52,003 nt of DNA from Candidatus Omnitrophota bacterium (GCA_023819545.1 JAMWCA010000001.1:1-52003); one strand, 5' to 3'; shown: positions 34,401 through 42,936, counted from the stretch's first letter. Translations and numbers: made by a program. Notes: generated by a model from the letters alone, not told the origin.

Positions 34401-34638
34401 TATCTATTTTTTCTCCCTCATCAGCACAGGCATTTATACATTCAAACCACTCTTTTGATAGATATGGTGTGTCAAGTCCAACCCTTGAATGCATAAAAAA
34501 TCCACCAAGTCCCATCTCTTTCATTATTCTTACTTGTCTTCTTAATTCATCTTTATCAAGTTTTCCATTCCAAGCCCAAAAAGGAGCACCTCTAAATTCA
34601 CTACCAGGATTTTTAATATTCTTTAAAATTTTTTCCAT
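31477..34638 (-). CDS. large cytoplasmic glycoside-hydrolase-like protein, CAZy family not assignable by eye
   Basis: 1053 aa with no signal peptide. N-terminus FRGAPFWAWNGKLDKDELRRQVRIMKEMGLGGFFMHSRVGL...YDEDRWPSGAAGG matches a widespread family usually annotated only as 'glycosyl hydrolase'. The C-terminal part looks beta-sandwich/jelly-roll-like. Confidence 0.6.
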   Translation of the reverse strand: MEKILKNIKNPGSEFRGAPFWAWNGKLDKDELRRQVRIMKEMGLGGFFMHSRVGLDTPYLSKEWFECINACADEGEKIDMLAFLYDEDRWPSGAAGGLVTKNKKYRMRHLVMTITDEIKKVKFLKNTLAIFFVNFENNFIKSYKKVKKGEKVEKITENQKILIFNVELSKESDWYNGYTYLDTLNHESVKKFIEITHENYKKYSGKYFGKVIPGIFTDEPNYGNVYFHYKSPTEKEIHIGIPWTDKLPNEFKKKYGYDIISFLPEIYFNLEGQKISKVRYHYFDCITSLFVESFAKQIGKWCEKNKLLFTGHILEEDTLSRQTHVVGNCLRFYEYMQAPGMDLLTEHWRIFNTAKQVSSVARQFDRKWRLTETYGCTGWDFSFEGHKALGDWQAALGINLRCQHLSWYTMLGEAKRDYPASIFYQSPWWNFYKYVEDYFARINLVMTNGKEIRDLLVIHPIESMWAIYKMPEIEKNQFIHPEEVKKLDEIFAEICDVLLANHIDFDYGDEEILSRWAKIEEKEGKPILRVNKGEYKAILIPPLLTIRSSTLKLLKKFKEKGGDIIFVEETPSYIDCELSDKIKEFAKECIVVSSFQQAINQLEKIRRISIKDENGNEIKQILYLLREDDENFYLFLCNTSMEWDSKNIAKYCLVRDRKIEFKNVIIKSFPQWKYKPIEINLENGEIYYPEIIKDENGYMIRTDFPPLSSHLYIIPKKNEFNFEIKTKKKYKEIKINQIKKDEWKYILTESNVLVLDMPYFKIDNGNWQEKKEILKIDREIRKYLGIPARGGAMIQPWARKKKENPKNLRLSLKYEFLVEKLPEGEISIAIEKPELYDIYINNTKLISDMKSGWWVDKSLETIKFDSTLLKIGKNEILLETVYNENHPGLEIIYLLGNFGVNKEKLIITSLPQNLKIGDWTEQGLPFYSGNIGYILPLEKIEFKENQKVFLKIPEFRGVGIRVVCEGNQIGLISWPPYEIDITEYLKGKDNITLIIEVLGHRRNSHGPLHYYEKWPVWTGPDQFISEGNMWVNDYQVVPCGLMVYPEIIIKEEE

Positions 34639-34697
34639 TAACTCTCCTTTTTAAATTTTTAGTTTATTTCAAATTTTAAAAAAAGTAAAATATTTTT

Positions 34698-35717
34698 ATG
34701 GAAAATACCTTTCATATTCAATGGCATATAACAGACAATTGTAATTTAAGATGTAGGCACTGTTATCAAAACAGTTTCTCTTCGGAAAAAGACCTTCAAC
34801 TTGAAAAACTTGTTTATATCTTCTCTAATATTTGTGAATTTTTAAAAAAAGAAAATAGAAAACTTGTAATTGACATAACTGGAGGAGAACCATTTTTATA
34901 TAGTAAATACTGGGAATTAATAGAAATAATTTTAAATACAGATTTAGTTAAAGATATAGGAATAATAACAAATGGTTTTTTTCTTGATGATGAGGTTATT
35001 TACAAAATTGAAAAAAATAAAATTATATTAAAAATCTCAACAGAATCTGTTGATAAAGAATTATATGAATTTTTTAGAGGTAAAAATTTTGAAAAGTTTA
35101 TAAAAATATGTGATAAAATAAAAGAAGTGAAATCAAATAAATTTTTGATGTTTACAATACTTGAAACAAATTGGCTTCAAATTTTTAAAATTTTTGATTT
35201 TGCGAAAAGATATAATTTTAATGGCATTATATTTGAAAGATTTATACCTTATGGACTTGGAGAAAAATTAAAAAATGATGTAATCTCTTTTGAAAAATGG
35301 TTTTTATTAACAAAATTTTTACATAAAATATGTAAAATTGATTTTGATATTTATGACATTGTTGAATATAGAGGATTTATGGTAAAAATAGAAGAGAATG
35401 AATTTGGACTTTATGGAAGTGAGTGTATTGTTGGAAAAGATGGAATTGCTATTATACCAGATGGGACTGTTTTCCCTTGTAGAAGATTTCCTTTATCAAT
35501 TGGAAATTTATTGAAAGAAAGTTTAAATGAGATATGGAAGAATTCAGATATATTAAATAGAATTAGGAACAAAAGTTTCTTGAAAGGTTTATGTAAAGAT
35601 TGTAAAATTAATAAATGTATTGGATGTAGAGCACTTGCTTATAGTTTATACAATGATTTTTTAGAACAAGACCCTTTATGTTATTTAAAAATGGAGGGAG
35701 AAAATGGATATAATTAA
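34698..35717 (+). CDS. radical SAM enzyme with C-terminal SPASM domain
   Basis: 339 aa. CNLRCRHC (CX3CX2C) at residues 15-22. C-terminal Cys-rich region ECIVG...PCRRFPLSIGNL...CKDCKINKCIGCRALAY...DPLCY is typical of SPASM auxiliary clusters. Confidence 0.85.
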   Translation: MENTFHIQWHITDNCNLRCRHCYQNSFSSEKDLQLEKLVYIFSNICEFLKKENRKLVIDITGGEPFLYSKYWELIEIILNTDLVKDIGIITNGFFLDDEVIYKIEKNKIILKISTESVDKELYEFFRGKNFEKFIKICDKIKEVKSNKFLMFTILETNWLQIFKIFDFAKRYNFNGIIFERFIPYGLGEKLKNDVISFEKWFLLTKFLHKICKIDFDIYDIVEYRGFMVKIEENEFGLYGSECIVGKDGIAIIPDGTVFPCRRFPLSIGNLLKESLNEIWKNSDILNRIRNKSFLKGLCKDCKINKCIGCRALAYSLYNDFLEQDPLCYLKMEGENGYN

Positions 35718-36528
35718 TAAAATTTTTTCTTTGAAGGGGAAAATTGCAGTAATTACTGGTGGAGGGGGAATTCTTGGTTCTGAAATAGCGAAAGGGCTTG
35801 GAATGGCTGGTGCTACTATAATTATAGGAGAAATTAAAAAATATCAAGAAGTTGCTAATGATTTAAATAAAATTGGAATTGAAAGTCAAGGCGAATATCT
35901 TGATGTATTTGATAAAGATAAAATTGAACAAGTTGCGAAAAAAATTGTTGACAAGTATGGAAAAATAGATATTCTTGTAAATGCCGCAGGGGGCAATATA
36001 AAAGAGGCAACTACATCACCTGAACTTTCTTTTTTTGAATTGCCTTTATCTGCACTTGAAAAAGTTGTCGCTTTAAATCTTTTTGGAGGAGCAATTTTAC
36101 CTTGTCAGGTTTTTGGAAAATATATGGTAAAGAATGAAAATGGTGGTTCAATAATAAATATATCTTCTATGAATGCTTTTAGGCCTTTAACAAGGATTCC
36201 TGGTTATTCAGCAGCAAAAGCAGCTGTAAGTAATTTTACACAATGGCTTGCAGTCCATTTTGCACTTGAATATAATAAAAAATTAAGAGTAAATGCTATT
36301 GCTCCTGGTTTTTTTCTAACTCAGCAAAACAGGTATTTATTAGTTGATGAAAACGGAAATTTAACAGAAAGAGGGAAAGCAATCATCTCCCATACTCCAA
36401 TGGGAAGATTTGGGAATCCTGAAGATTTAATTGGTATTTGTATCTTTCTTGCTTCAGATGCATCAATCTTTGTAACAGGAACAGTAATACCTATAGATGG
36501 TGGTTTTAATGCTTTTTCAGGTGTATAA
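35704..36528 (+). CDS. SDR-family oxidoreductase, UxuB/YjmF-like (D-mannonate/fructuronate type)
   Basis: 274 aa with TGGGGILG cofactor motif and YSAAK catalytic motif. The tail NAIAPGFFLTQQNR...TPMGRFGNPEDL...IPIDGGFNAFSGV closely matches my memory of SDR-type mannonate oxidoreductases. Confidence 0.7.
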   Translation: MDIINKIFSLKGKIAVITGGGGILGSEIAKGLGMAGATIIIGEIKKYQEVANDLNKIGIESQGEYLDVFDKDKIEQVAKKIVDKYGKIDILVNAAGGNIKEATTSPELSFFELPLSALEKVVALNLFGGAILPCQVFGKYMVKNENGGSIINISSMNAFRPLTRIPGYSAAKAAVSNFTQWLAVHFALEYNKKLRVNAIAPGFFLTQQNRYLLVDENGNLTERGKAIISHTPMGRFGNPEDLIGICIFLASDASIFVTGTVIPIDGGFNAFSGV

Positions 36529-36554
36529 ATATAAATGAAAAAAAGGAGGTAAGT

Positions 36555-38051
36555 ATGAAAAAAGGAGATATTGGAATAATTGGAATGGAGGTTATGGGTA
36601 GGAATCTTGCATTGAACTTTGAAAGGAATGGGTATACAGTTGTTGTATTCAATAGGACAGGGGAAAAAACTAAGGCATTTGTTGAAACACAGGGAAAAGG
36701 GAAAAACATAATACCAACTTATGAAATTTCTGATTTTGTTGCAAATCTTGAAAGACCAAGAAAAATTATGCTTATGGTAAAAGAGGGACAACCAGTAGAT
36801 GATTTTATATCAAAACTTCTTCCAATTCTTGATAAAGGCGATTTAATTATAGATGGTGGAAACTCATTTTTTAAAGATACAATAAGAAGAAGTAACCAAC
36901 TTTCAGAAAAAGGGATTTTGTTTATAGGAACTGGTGTTTCTGGTGGAGAAGAAGGTGCCTTGAAAGGTCCTGCTATTATGCCAGGTGGTCAATTTGAGGC
37001 CTATAAACTTGTTGAGGAAATGTTTAAAAAAATATCTGCAAAAGCATATGATGGACAGCCATGTGTAACTTATATAGGTCCAGATGGAGCCGGGCACTAT
37101 GTAAAAATGGTTCATAATGGAATTGAATATGGTGATATGCAATTAATAGGTGAATGTTGCTGGTTTTTCAAAAATGGATTTGGTATGAGTTCAGGAGAAA
37201 TAGCAGAAATAATGAGCCAATGGAATGGAGAAAATGATATTCTGAGAAGTTATTTAATTCAGATTACAGGAGATTTAATGAAAGAAAAACATAAAGAAAA
37301 ACCAGATGAATACCTTGTTGATATTGTTGCAGATATAACAAGAATGAAAGGAACAGGGACATGGACTGTCCAAAGTGCTCTTGAATTACTTGTTCCAGTT
37401 CCTACAATTGCATCTGCTGTTTTTTCAAGGGAAATGTCTCAAGATAAAGATATCAGATTAAAAGTTTCTTCTATGTTAAAACTGGATATTAAAGAAAAAT
37501 TTAAAGGTTCAAAGAAAAATATAATTAAAGTTGCTCATGATGCTCTTTATATTGCTAAAATTTCATCTTATGCTCAAGGACTTGCTCTTTTAAAATCTGC
37601 AAGTGAATTTTACAAATGGAATTTAAAACTTGGAGAAATTGCAAAGATATGGCGGGCTGGATGTATTATAAGGGCTCAATTTCTTGATGAAATAACAAAT
37701 GCCTATAAAGAAAATCCTGAACTTCCAAATTTACTTGTTGACAAAAACTTTTCTGAATTCGTAATTAAAAATATTAAAAAACTTGCTAAATTCATTGAAA
37801 TTGCCCATAAAGCAGGTGTCCCTGTTCCTGCATTTGCAAATTCTTATGATTATATTTTACAAATTACAAGTCCAATTATGTTTTCAGCCCAGGTTAGTGC
37901 TTTACAAAGGGATTATTTTGGAGCCCATGGATATTTCAAAATTAAATCAATTGATAATCCTGAAATTTTGAAGACAGAAGATGGTAGAGAAAGAGAATTT
38001 CACACTGAATGGCTTGTTGAAGGAAGACCTGAAAAAGAAGTTACAAAATAA
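36555..38051 (+). CDS. gnd: 6-phosphogluconate dehydrogenase (decarboxylating)
   Basis: 498 aa with IGIIGMEVMGRNLALN Rossmann motif, GAGHYVKMVHNGIEYGDMQLI and QRDYFGAHGY signatures. Confidence 0.88.
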   Translation: MKKGDIGIIGMEVMGRNLALNFERNGYTVVVFNRTGEKTKAFVETQGKGKNIIPTYEISDFVANLERPRKIMLMVKEGQPVDDFISKLLPILDKGDLIIDGGNSFFKDTIRRSNQLSEKGILFIGTGVSGGEEGALKGPAIMPGGQFEAYKLVEEMFKKISAKAYDGQPCVTYIGPDGAGHYVKMVHNGIEYGDMQLIGECCWFFKNGFGMSSGEIAEIMSQWNGENDILRSYLIQITGDLMKEKHKEKPDEYLVDIVADITRMKGTGTWTVQSALELLVPVPTIASAVFSREMSQDKDIRLKVSSMLKLDIKEKFKGSKKNIIKVAHDALYIAKISSYAQGLALLKSASEFYKWNLKLGEIAKIWRAGCIIRAQFLDEITNAYKENPELPNLLVDKNFSEFVIKNIKKLAKFIEIAHKAGVPVPAFANSYDYILQITSPIMFSAQVSALQRDYFGAHGYFKIKSIDNPEILKTEDGREREFHTEWLVEGRPEKEVTK

Positions 38052-38073
38052 AAGTTAAAAAGGAGAAAAAATT

Positions 38074-39201
38074 ATGGAAAAATCATATCATTCAATTTGT
38101 AGATGGACTTTTAATTCAGGGAAAGGTGGTTTTGTTCCGGCAAATATAAGACCGTTATGGAATTCTGATAGATTCTCTACAGTTGATTTTGTCAATCTTG
38201 TTGCAGAAAAGATTAAACCAAGATTGCCTGAAAATATAGTTATTGGCGTTGAGTTTCATTATGATTCAGAAATTAATGAGAAAAATTTAGGTCAAGTTAT
38301 AAAAGTAATGAAAGAAAAAAATATTTATCTTGCTTTGATTACTCCTGGAGCACATTCTCATTTTGCATATGGTGGTATTTCATCTTTAGAGCCAGATGAA
38401 AGGAAAAAAGCAGAAGAGTTTGGTTTAAGGACAATTGACATTGGTTATGAGATGAAAGATGTTTTTTTGAAAGAAAAAGAGCCAACTTTTGTTTTATGGA
38501 ATGGTTCATGGGGATATGATATTGCAACTCCTTTTATAAAGAAAATGTATGAAAATTTGAAAGAAAGTATAGCAAAACTTTGTGAATATGAAGAAAAAAA
38601 GGGTGGAGAATTTTATTTAGCAATAGAACCGAAACCAAATGAAGGACATCCTTGTATGTTAATTCCAACAGTTGCAAGTGCTATTTTATTTTGGAAGAAA
38701 TTAAATGAGGATTATGGAATAAAAATAGAAAAAAAAGGTGTTAATAAAGAATTTGGACATTCTGAAATGATAGGGCTTGACCATATTTATGATACAGTTG
38801 AGGAGATTGATAATAAAATGCTTGTTCATATGCATATAAATAGTCAGGGATATAATGATGGAATAATACTTGGTGGACCAGGTAAATTTGATATTGACCA
38901 TGGAGCAAGAATAAATGGTATGAATATAATAATTGCAAAATTAATTCAGGAATACGGATTTAGTAGATGGAAAGGACATGATATGCAGGCACGTCCATAT
39001 GATAATGAAATCAAGGCAATAGAGAGAGTAATTAGAAGTATATTATCATGGGAAGCGTGTGAAATTATTGCAAAAAGAATGAATTTGGAAGAAATTTTAC
39101 AATATTTATCAAAAAGAGAAACAGATAAAGTGGAAGATATTATGAGAGATTTAGTTTCTGAAGGTTTTAAAATTTTCAAATCTCTTTATGAATCAACTTG
39201 A
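38074..39201 (+). CDS. divergent xylose-isomerase-family TIM-barrel enzyme (sugar isomerase, substrate unknown)
   Basis: 375 aa. LAIEPKPNEGHP matches the xylose isomerase EPKPNEP strand. NKEFGHSEMIGLD, VHMHINSQ and KFDIDHG parallel class I xylose isomerase metal-site segments. Confidence 0.6.
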   Translation: MEKSYHSICRWTFNSGKGGFVPANIRPLWNSDRFSTVDFVNLVAEKIKPRLPENIVIGVEFHYDSEINEKNLGQVIKVMKEKNIYLALITPGAHSHFAYGGISSLEPDERKKAEEFGLRTIDIGYEMKDVFLKEKEPTFVLWNGSWGYDIATPFIKKMYENLKESIAKLCEYEEKKGGEFYLAIEPKPNEGHPCMLIPTVASAILFWKKLNEDYGIKIEKKGVNKEFGHSEMIGLDHIYDTVEEIDNKMLVHMHINSQGYNDGIILGGPGKFDIDHGARINGMNIIIAKLIQEYGFSRWKGHDMQARPYDNEIKAIERVIRSILSWEACEIIAKRMNLEEILQYLSKRETDKVEDIMRDLVSEGFKIFKSLYEST

Positions 39202-39979
39202 AGAATTTTTAAATTTAATTAAAAATTCAGAATATATAGTTGCTTTTACAGGTGCAGGTATATCAGTAGAAAGTGGAATTCCCCAATTTAGAGGTGATAA
39301 AGGACTGTGGGAAAAGTATAAGCCACAAATTTACGGCACTTTGCCAGGAATAATTTCTCAATTTTTTATTTCTCCAAAAAAAGTTATTGATTTTATTTAT
39401 GATTTTACTTATCCAATTTTGAATGCAAAACCAAATATTTCTCATATTGCTTTATTTGAGCTTGAAAAAAAAGGAAAACTAAAGTCAATCATTACTCAAA
39501 ATATAGACAATTTACATCAAAAAGCAGGAAGTAAAAATATTATAGAACTTCATGGTAATTTATATAAATGGGTATGTAAAAAATGTAAAAAAAGAGAAAT
39601 AATGACTGAGGATAAGTTGATGAAATTTGTTGAAGAAATTAAATTAATTCAAGGCAGAAAAAACTTAATTAGATATATTTTAAATTTTGTTAAATGCGAA
39701 TGTAGTGGAAGAAAAAGACCTGAAATTGTTTTTTTTGGAGAATTATTGCCAGAAGAAGAATTTAGAAGAGCAGAACAAGAAAGTAAAAAAGCTGATTTAT
39801 TTATTATAATTGGGACTTCAGGATTTGTTAGACCTGCATCTGACCTTCCTTATATTTCAAAACAAAACGGCGCAAAAATAGTAGAGATAAATTTGGAAGA
39901 AAGTTATTTTGATATTTCTGACCTAATTTTCAAAAAAAGGTCAACCGAGGTCTTTAAATATATAATTGAAAGAATATGA
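39188..39979 (+). CDS. cobB: NAD-dependent protein deacylase (Sir2/CobB family)
   Basis: 263 aa with GAGISVESGIPQFRG, QNIDNLHQKAG and catalytic ELHGN. Zn-module cysteines CKKC...CEC with an unusually long spacer. Confidence 0.82.
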   Translation: MNQLEEFLNLIKNSEYIVAFTGAGISVESGIPQFRGDKGLWEKYKPQIYGTLPGIISQFFISPKKVIDFIYDFTYPILNAKPNISHIALFELEKKGKLKSIITQNIDNLHQKAGSKNIIELHGNLYKWVCKKCKKREIMTEDKLMKFVEEIKLIQGRKNLIRYILNFVKCECSGRKRPEIVFFGELLPEEEFRRAEQESKKADLFIIIGTSGFVRPASDLPYISKQNGAKIVEINLEESYFDISDLIFKKRSTEVFKYIIERI

Positions 39980-40731
39980 GAAGAATTTATTTTGGGAACG
40001 ATTGCTTTAGATTAAAAGACAGGTTTTATATAAGAGGAGAAACTTTTCATTATTTAAAAAATGTTTTGAGATTTAAAAAAGGGATTGTTTTTATAGGTTT
40101 TGATGGAACTGGGAAGGAGTTTACAGTTGAAATAGAAAAGATTGATAAAAAAGAAATTTTAGGGAAAATTTTGGAAGAAAGGGGAATTTATAGTTCTGAG
40201 TTAAATTTTAATCTTCAATTATTTCAATGTATTCCTAAAGGAGATAAATTTGATTTTATAATAAGAGAGGTTACTCAACTTGGGGTAAAAAAAATAGTGC
40301 CGGTTATAAGTAAAAGGACGATAGCGAGAATTCCAGAAGAAAAAATTGAGAATAAAATTAAAAGATGGAATAGAATTGCTGAAGAGGCGTCAAAAATTTC
40401 AAAAAGAACTTTTGTTCCAGAAATTTCGGAAATATTAAATTTTGAAGAATCTATAAAAGAAGAAAAAGATATAGGAATTATTTTTTGGGAAGGAGAGAAA
40501 GAAAGGAGTATAAAAGATGTTATTAAACACCTAAGTAAAGATAAAATTATAGATAAAAGAATTAATGTTTTTATAGGGCCTGAAGGTGGATTTGATCAAG
40601 ATGAAATAAAATTAGCAATTGAAAATCATTATTTACCTACTTCTCTTGGGAAAAGAATTTTAAAAGTTGAAACTGCAAGTTTACTTAGTATTGGGATTTT
40701 AATTTATGAATTGGAAAATCTATGTAAATGA
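39976..40731 (+). CDS. rsmE: 16S rRNA (uracil1498-N3)-methyltransferase
   Basis: 251 aa with a PUA-like N-terminus, a SPOUT C-terminus (IGPEGGF, LGKRILKVETA) and RsmE length and layout. Confidence 0.8.
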   Translation: MRRIYFGNDCFRLKDRFYIRGETFHYLKNVLRFKKGIVFIGFDGTGKEFTVEIEKIDKKEILGKILEERGIYSSELNFNLQLFQCIPKGDKFDFIIREVTQLGVKKIVPVISKRTIARIPEEKIENKIKRWNRIAEEASKISKRTFVPEISEILNFEESIKEEKDIGIIFWEGEKERSIKDVIKHLSKDKIIDKRINVFIGPEGGFDQDEIKLAIENHYLPTSLGKRILKVETASLLSIGILIYELENLCK

Positions 40732-41360
40732 AATTCTATTTAATTTTTTTAACATCTTTTCTTATAGGTCTATCAGGCGCAATAAGTCCAGGCCCTCTTC
40801 TTGCAATTACAATTGAACAAACAATAAAAAGGAACTATAAAGCAGGTCCACTTATAATAATAGGGCATTCAATACTTGAACTTTTGATGATAACTTTTTT
40901 AATTATAGGATTTGGAGAAACTTTAAAAAAAGAAATTGTTCGGAGTTATTTAAATATTTTTGGTGGATTTTTCTTAATTTTTTTCGGTTTTTTAACCTTA
41001 ATTTCTATAAAAAAAATAAATTTCTCTTACTCCAAAACTTCCTACTGTAATTATTCTCTTATTTTTAAAGGGATTTTTGTAAGTTTAAGTAACCCTTACT
41101 GGACTATATGGTGGGTTACAATAGGGATTGTTTATCTTTCTTTTGCACTTCCTTATGGTTTTTTTGGTGTTTTTCTTTTCTTTTTTGGTCACATTTCTTC
41201 AGATTTTTTATGGTATAGTTTTGTTTCCTATTCTTTGTATAAAAGTAAAAAGTTGATTAAAGAAAAATATTTAAATTATTTATCTGTTTTTCTTGGATTT
41301 TTTTTAATTTGTTTTGGAATATTTTTAATTTCCAAAGTCAGGCCTCATAAATTTATTTAG
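40728..41360 (+). CDS. LysE/RhtB-family amino-acid exporter
   Basis: 210 aa with 5-6 TM segments. N-terminal GAISPGPLLA motif is typical of LysE-type translocators. Confidence 0.75.
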   Translation: MKFYLIFLTSFLIGLSGAISPGPLLAITIEQTIKRNYKAGPLIIIGHSILELLMITFLIIGFGETLKKEIVRSYLNIFGGFFLIFFGFLTLISIKKINFSYSKTSYCNYSLIFKGIFVSLSNPYWTIWWVTIGIVYLSFALPYGFFGVFLFFFGHISSDFLWYSFVSYSLYKSKKLIKEKYLNYLSVFLGFFLICFGIFLISKVRPHKFI

Positions 41361-41601
41361 AATTTCCGCATCTTGAACAATATTTTATACCTGTTGAATC
41401 AATAACAAAAGTTGACATTTTTCCTTCACAGTGGTTACATTTTTCCTTCCATACAAAATCAATTGGCGGTATACATTTTATTTCATTTCCACAATAAATG
41501 CATTTTATTTTATCTTCTTCAATTTTAAAAACAGCAATATCTCCTTTTGTGCATTTACAATATAAACCCTCTATTCTATCTTTATAAATTTGTGCCATCA
41601 T
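41353..41601 (-). CDS. small double zinc-ribbon protein, unknown function
   Basis: 82 aa with four Cys pairs (CKC...CIYC and CNHC...CSRC), i.e. two predicted zinc ribbons. The 3' end overlaps lysE convergently by 8 nt. Confidence 0.5.
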   Translation of the reverse strand: MMAQIYKDRIEGLYCKCTKGDIAVFKIEEDKIKCIYCGNEIKCIPPIDFVWKEKCNHCEGKMSTFVIDSTGIKYCSRCGNSK

Positions 41602-41673
41602 ACCCCTTTTTTATTATAAAACAAAATTGTTTTTTTGTAAAGAAAATTTATAATATTTAAGTAGGAGACAAAA

Positions 41674-42193
41674 ATGAAAATAAGTATGATGAGTTACACG
41701 ATGTATAGAGGAAAGTGGAAAGATGCTTTTAATGTTGAAAAATTATGTCAATTTACAAAAAATCTTGGTCTTGATGGCATTGATTGGGTAACAACTTATG
41801 GTAATAAACCACAAGAAATAAAAAAAATTATGGATGATTACTGCCTTAAAACTGTCTGCTATACCTTTTTTGTAGATATAAATTTTAAGGAAAGAAGTTT
41901 AAGACAGAAAGGTATAGAAGAAATAAAAAGGGGTCTTGAAATCGCCTCAATTTTAGGGACAGATAAAATAATGCTTCCAATCGGTTGAACATTTTCCTGA
42001 TATTAAAGGACCATTTTTAACTTCACAAGATATAAATTTTGCAATTGAGGAGATCCCTGAATTGAGAGTTACATTTGATTCTGGTAATGTCATACTTGGG
42101 AATGAGAAACCCGAAGATGCATTTATAAATAATCAAAAATATATAATACATTGCCATTTTAAAGATTGGAAATTTTCAGAACAAGGGAAAGGG
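41674..42193 (+). pseudogene. decayed xylose-isomerase-like TIM-barrel gene (premature stop, frameshift, internal and 3' deletions)
   Basis: Good SD and promoter, then 104 codons of AP_endonuc_2-like N-terminus ending in TGA at 41986-41988. Homology resumes in the +1 frame (VEHFPDIKG...LRVTFDSGNV...HCHFKDW) with tens of residues apparently missing. It then runs abruptly into DegT-like sequence near 42190. Confidence 0.7.
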
Positions 42194-42927
42194 AAGAAGC
42201 ATACTCATGGAGTTCTTCAGCAACATGTGTTTTACATCATAATTGTATACCTGTTTTTGTTGATATTGATTTTAAGACAATGAATATAGATGTAAATAAA
42301 ATTGAAGAAAAAATTACTGAAAAAACAAAAGGAATTATTGTTGTCCATCTCCATGGTTTACCTGTAGAAATGGATAAAGTTTTAAAAATTGCTGAAAAAT
42401 ATAAATTAAAGATTATAGAAGATGCATGTCAGGCGCATGGAGCAAAATATAAAGGGAAAAATGTTGGGAATTTTGGAGATTCTGCTGCTTTTAGTTTTAA
42501 CCAGAATAAATGTTTGTGTTCAGGAGAAGGGGGTATGTTTGTGACTAATAATGAAGAAATTTATAATAAAGCAAAAATGTTGTGGAGTTTTGGTGAAACA
42601 AGAGCACCTCTTGAAAATAGAGATTATCATGCTTATGCACTTGGTTGGATGTATAGAAATAATGATCTGACTGCTGCTTTTGGAAGAGCACAATTAAAAA
42701 AACTTGATTGGTATCTTGAAGTTCAGAAAAAAAATGCTGCTGTTCTAACAGATATATTAAAAGAAGTTGAGGGTTTGATTTTACCTTTTGTTCCTGAAGA
42801 ATGTGAGCATAACTGGTATAACTATACTATAAGATTAGATATGGATTATTTTGGAGTTAAGAATGAAAAAAGAAAATTTAGGGATTATGTTTTGAAAGCA
42901 ATTCAGGCAGAAGGAGTAAAATGGTGA
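42194..42927 (+). pseudogene. fragment of a DegT/DnrJ/EryC1-family sugar aminotransferase (both ends missing)
   Basis: ...SWSSSATCVLHHNCIPVFVDIDFKTMNIDVNKIEEKITEKTKGIIVVHLHGLP...IEDACQAHGAKYKG...FSFNQNKCLCSGEGGMFVTNN... corresponds to the central ~240 aa of DegT-type enzymes. There is no N-terminal domain and no plausible start, and the C-terminus is truncated. Confidence 0.7.
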
Positions 42928-42936
42928 AATTAATTA

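Noticed and set aside
34639-34697. Search for a RiPP precursor peptide next to the radical SAM/SPASM gene
   Set aside because: The upstream gap is only 59 nt with no ORF, and the downstream gene overlaps the rSAM stop. No Cys/Gly-rich small ORF is present on either strand.
36321-36791. 156-aa minus-strand ORF spanning the SDR/gnd junction
   Set aside because: It is antisense to two strongly supported genes, its translation is Cys/Phe/Asn-rich and non-protein-like, and it has no RBS. It is a shadow ORF.
42062-42283. 73-aa ORF, and the 42166 ATG of the 253-aa ORF, as independent genes
   Set aside because: The first is the displaced C-terminal part of the decayed TIM-barrel gene, running out of frame into DegT sequence. 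The second begins with non-homologous residues translated from the TIM-barrel remnant. Neither is a native start.
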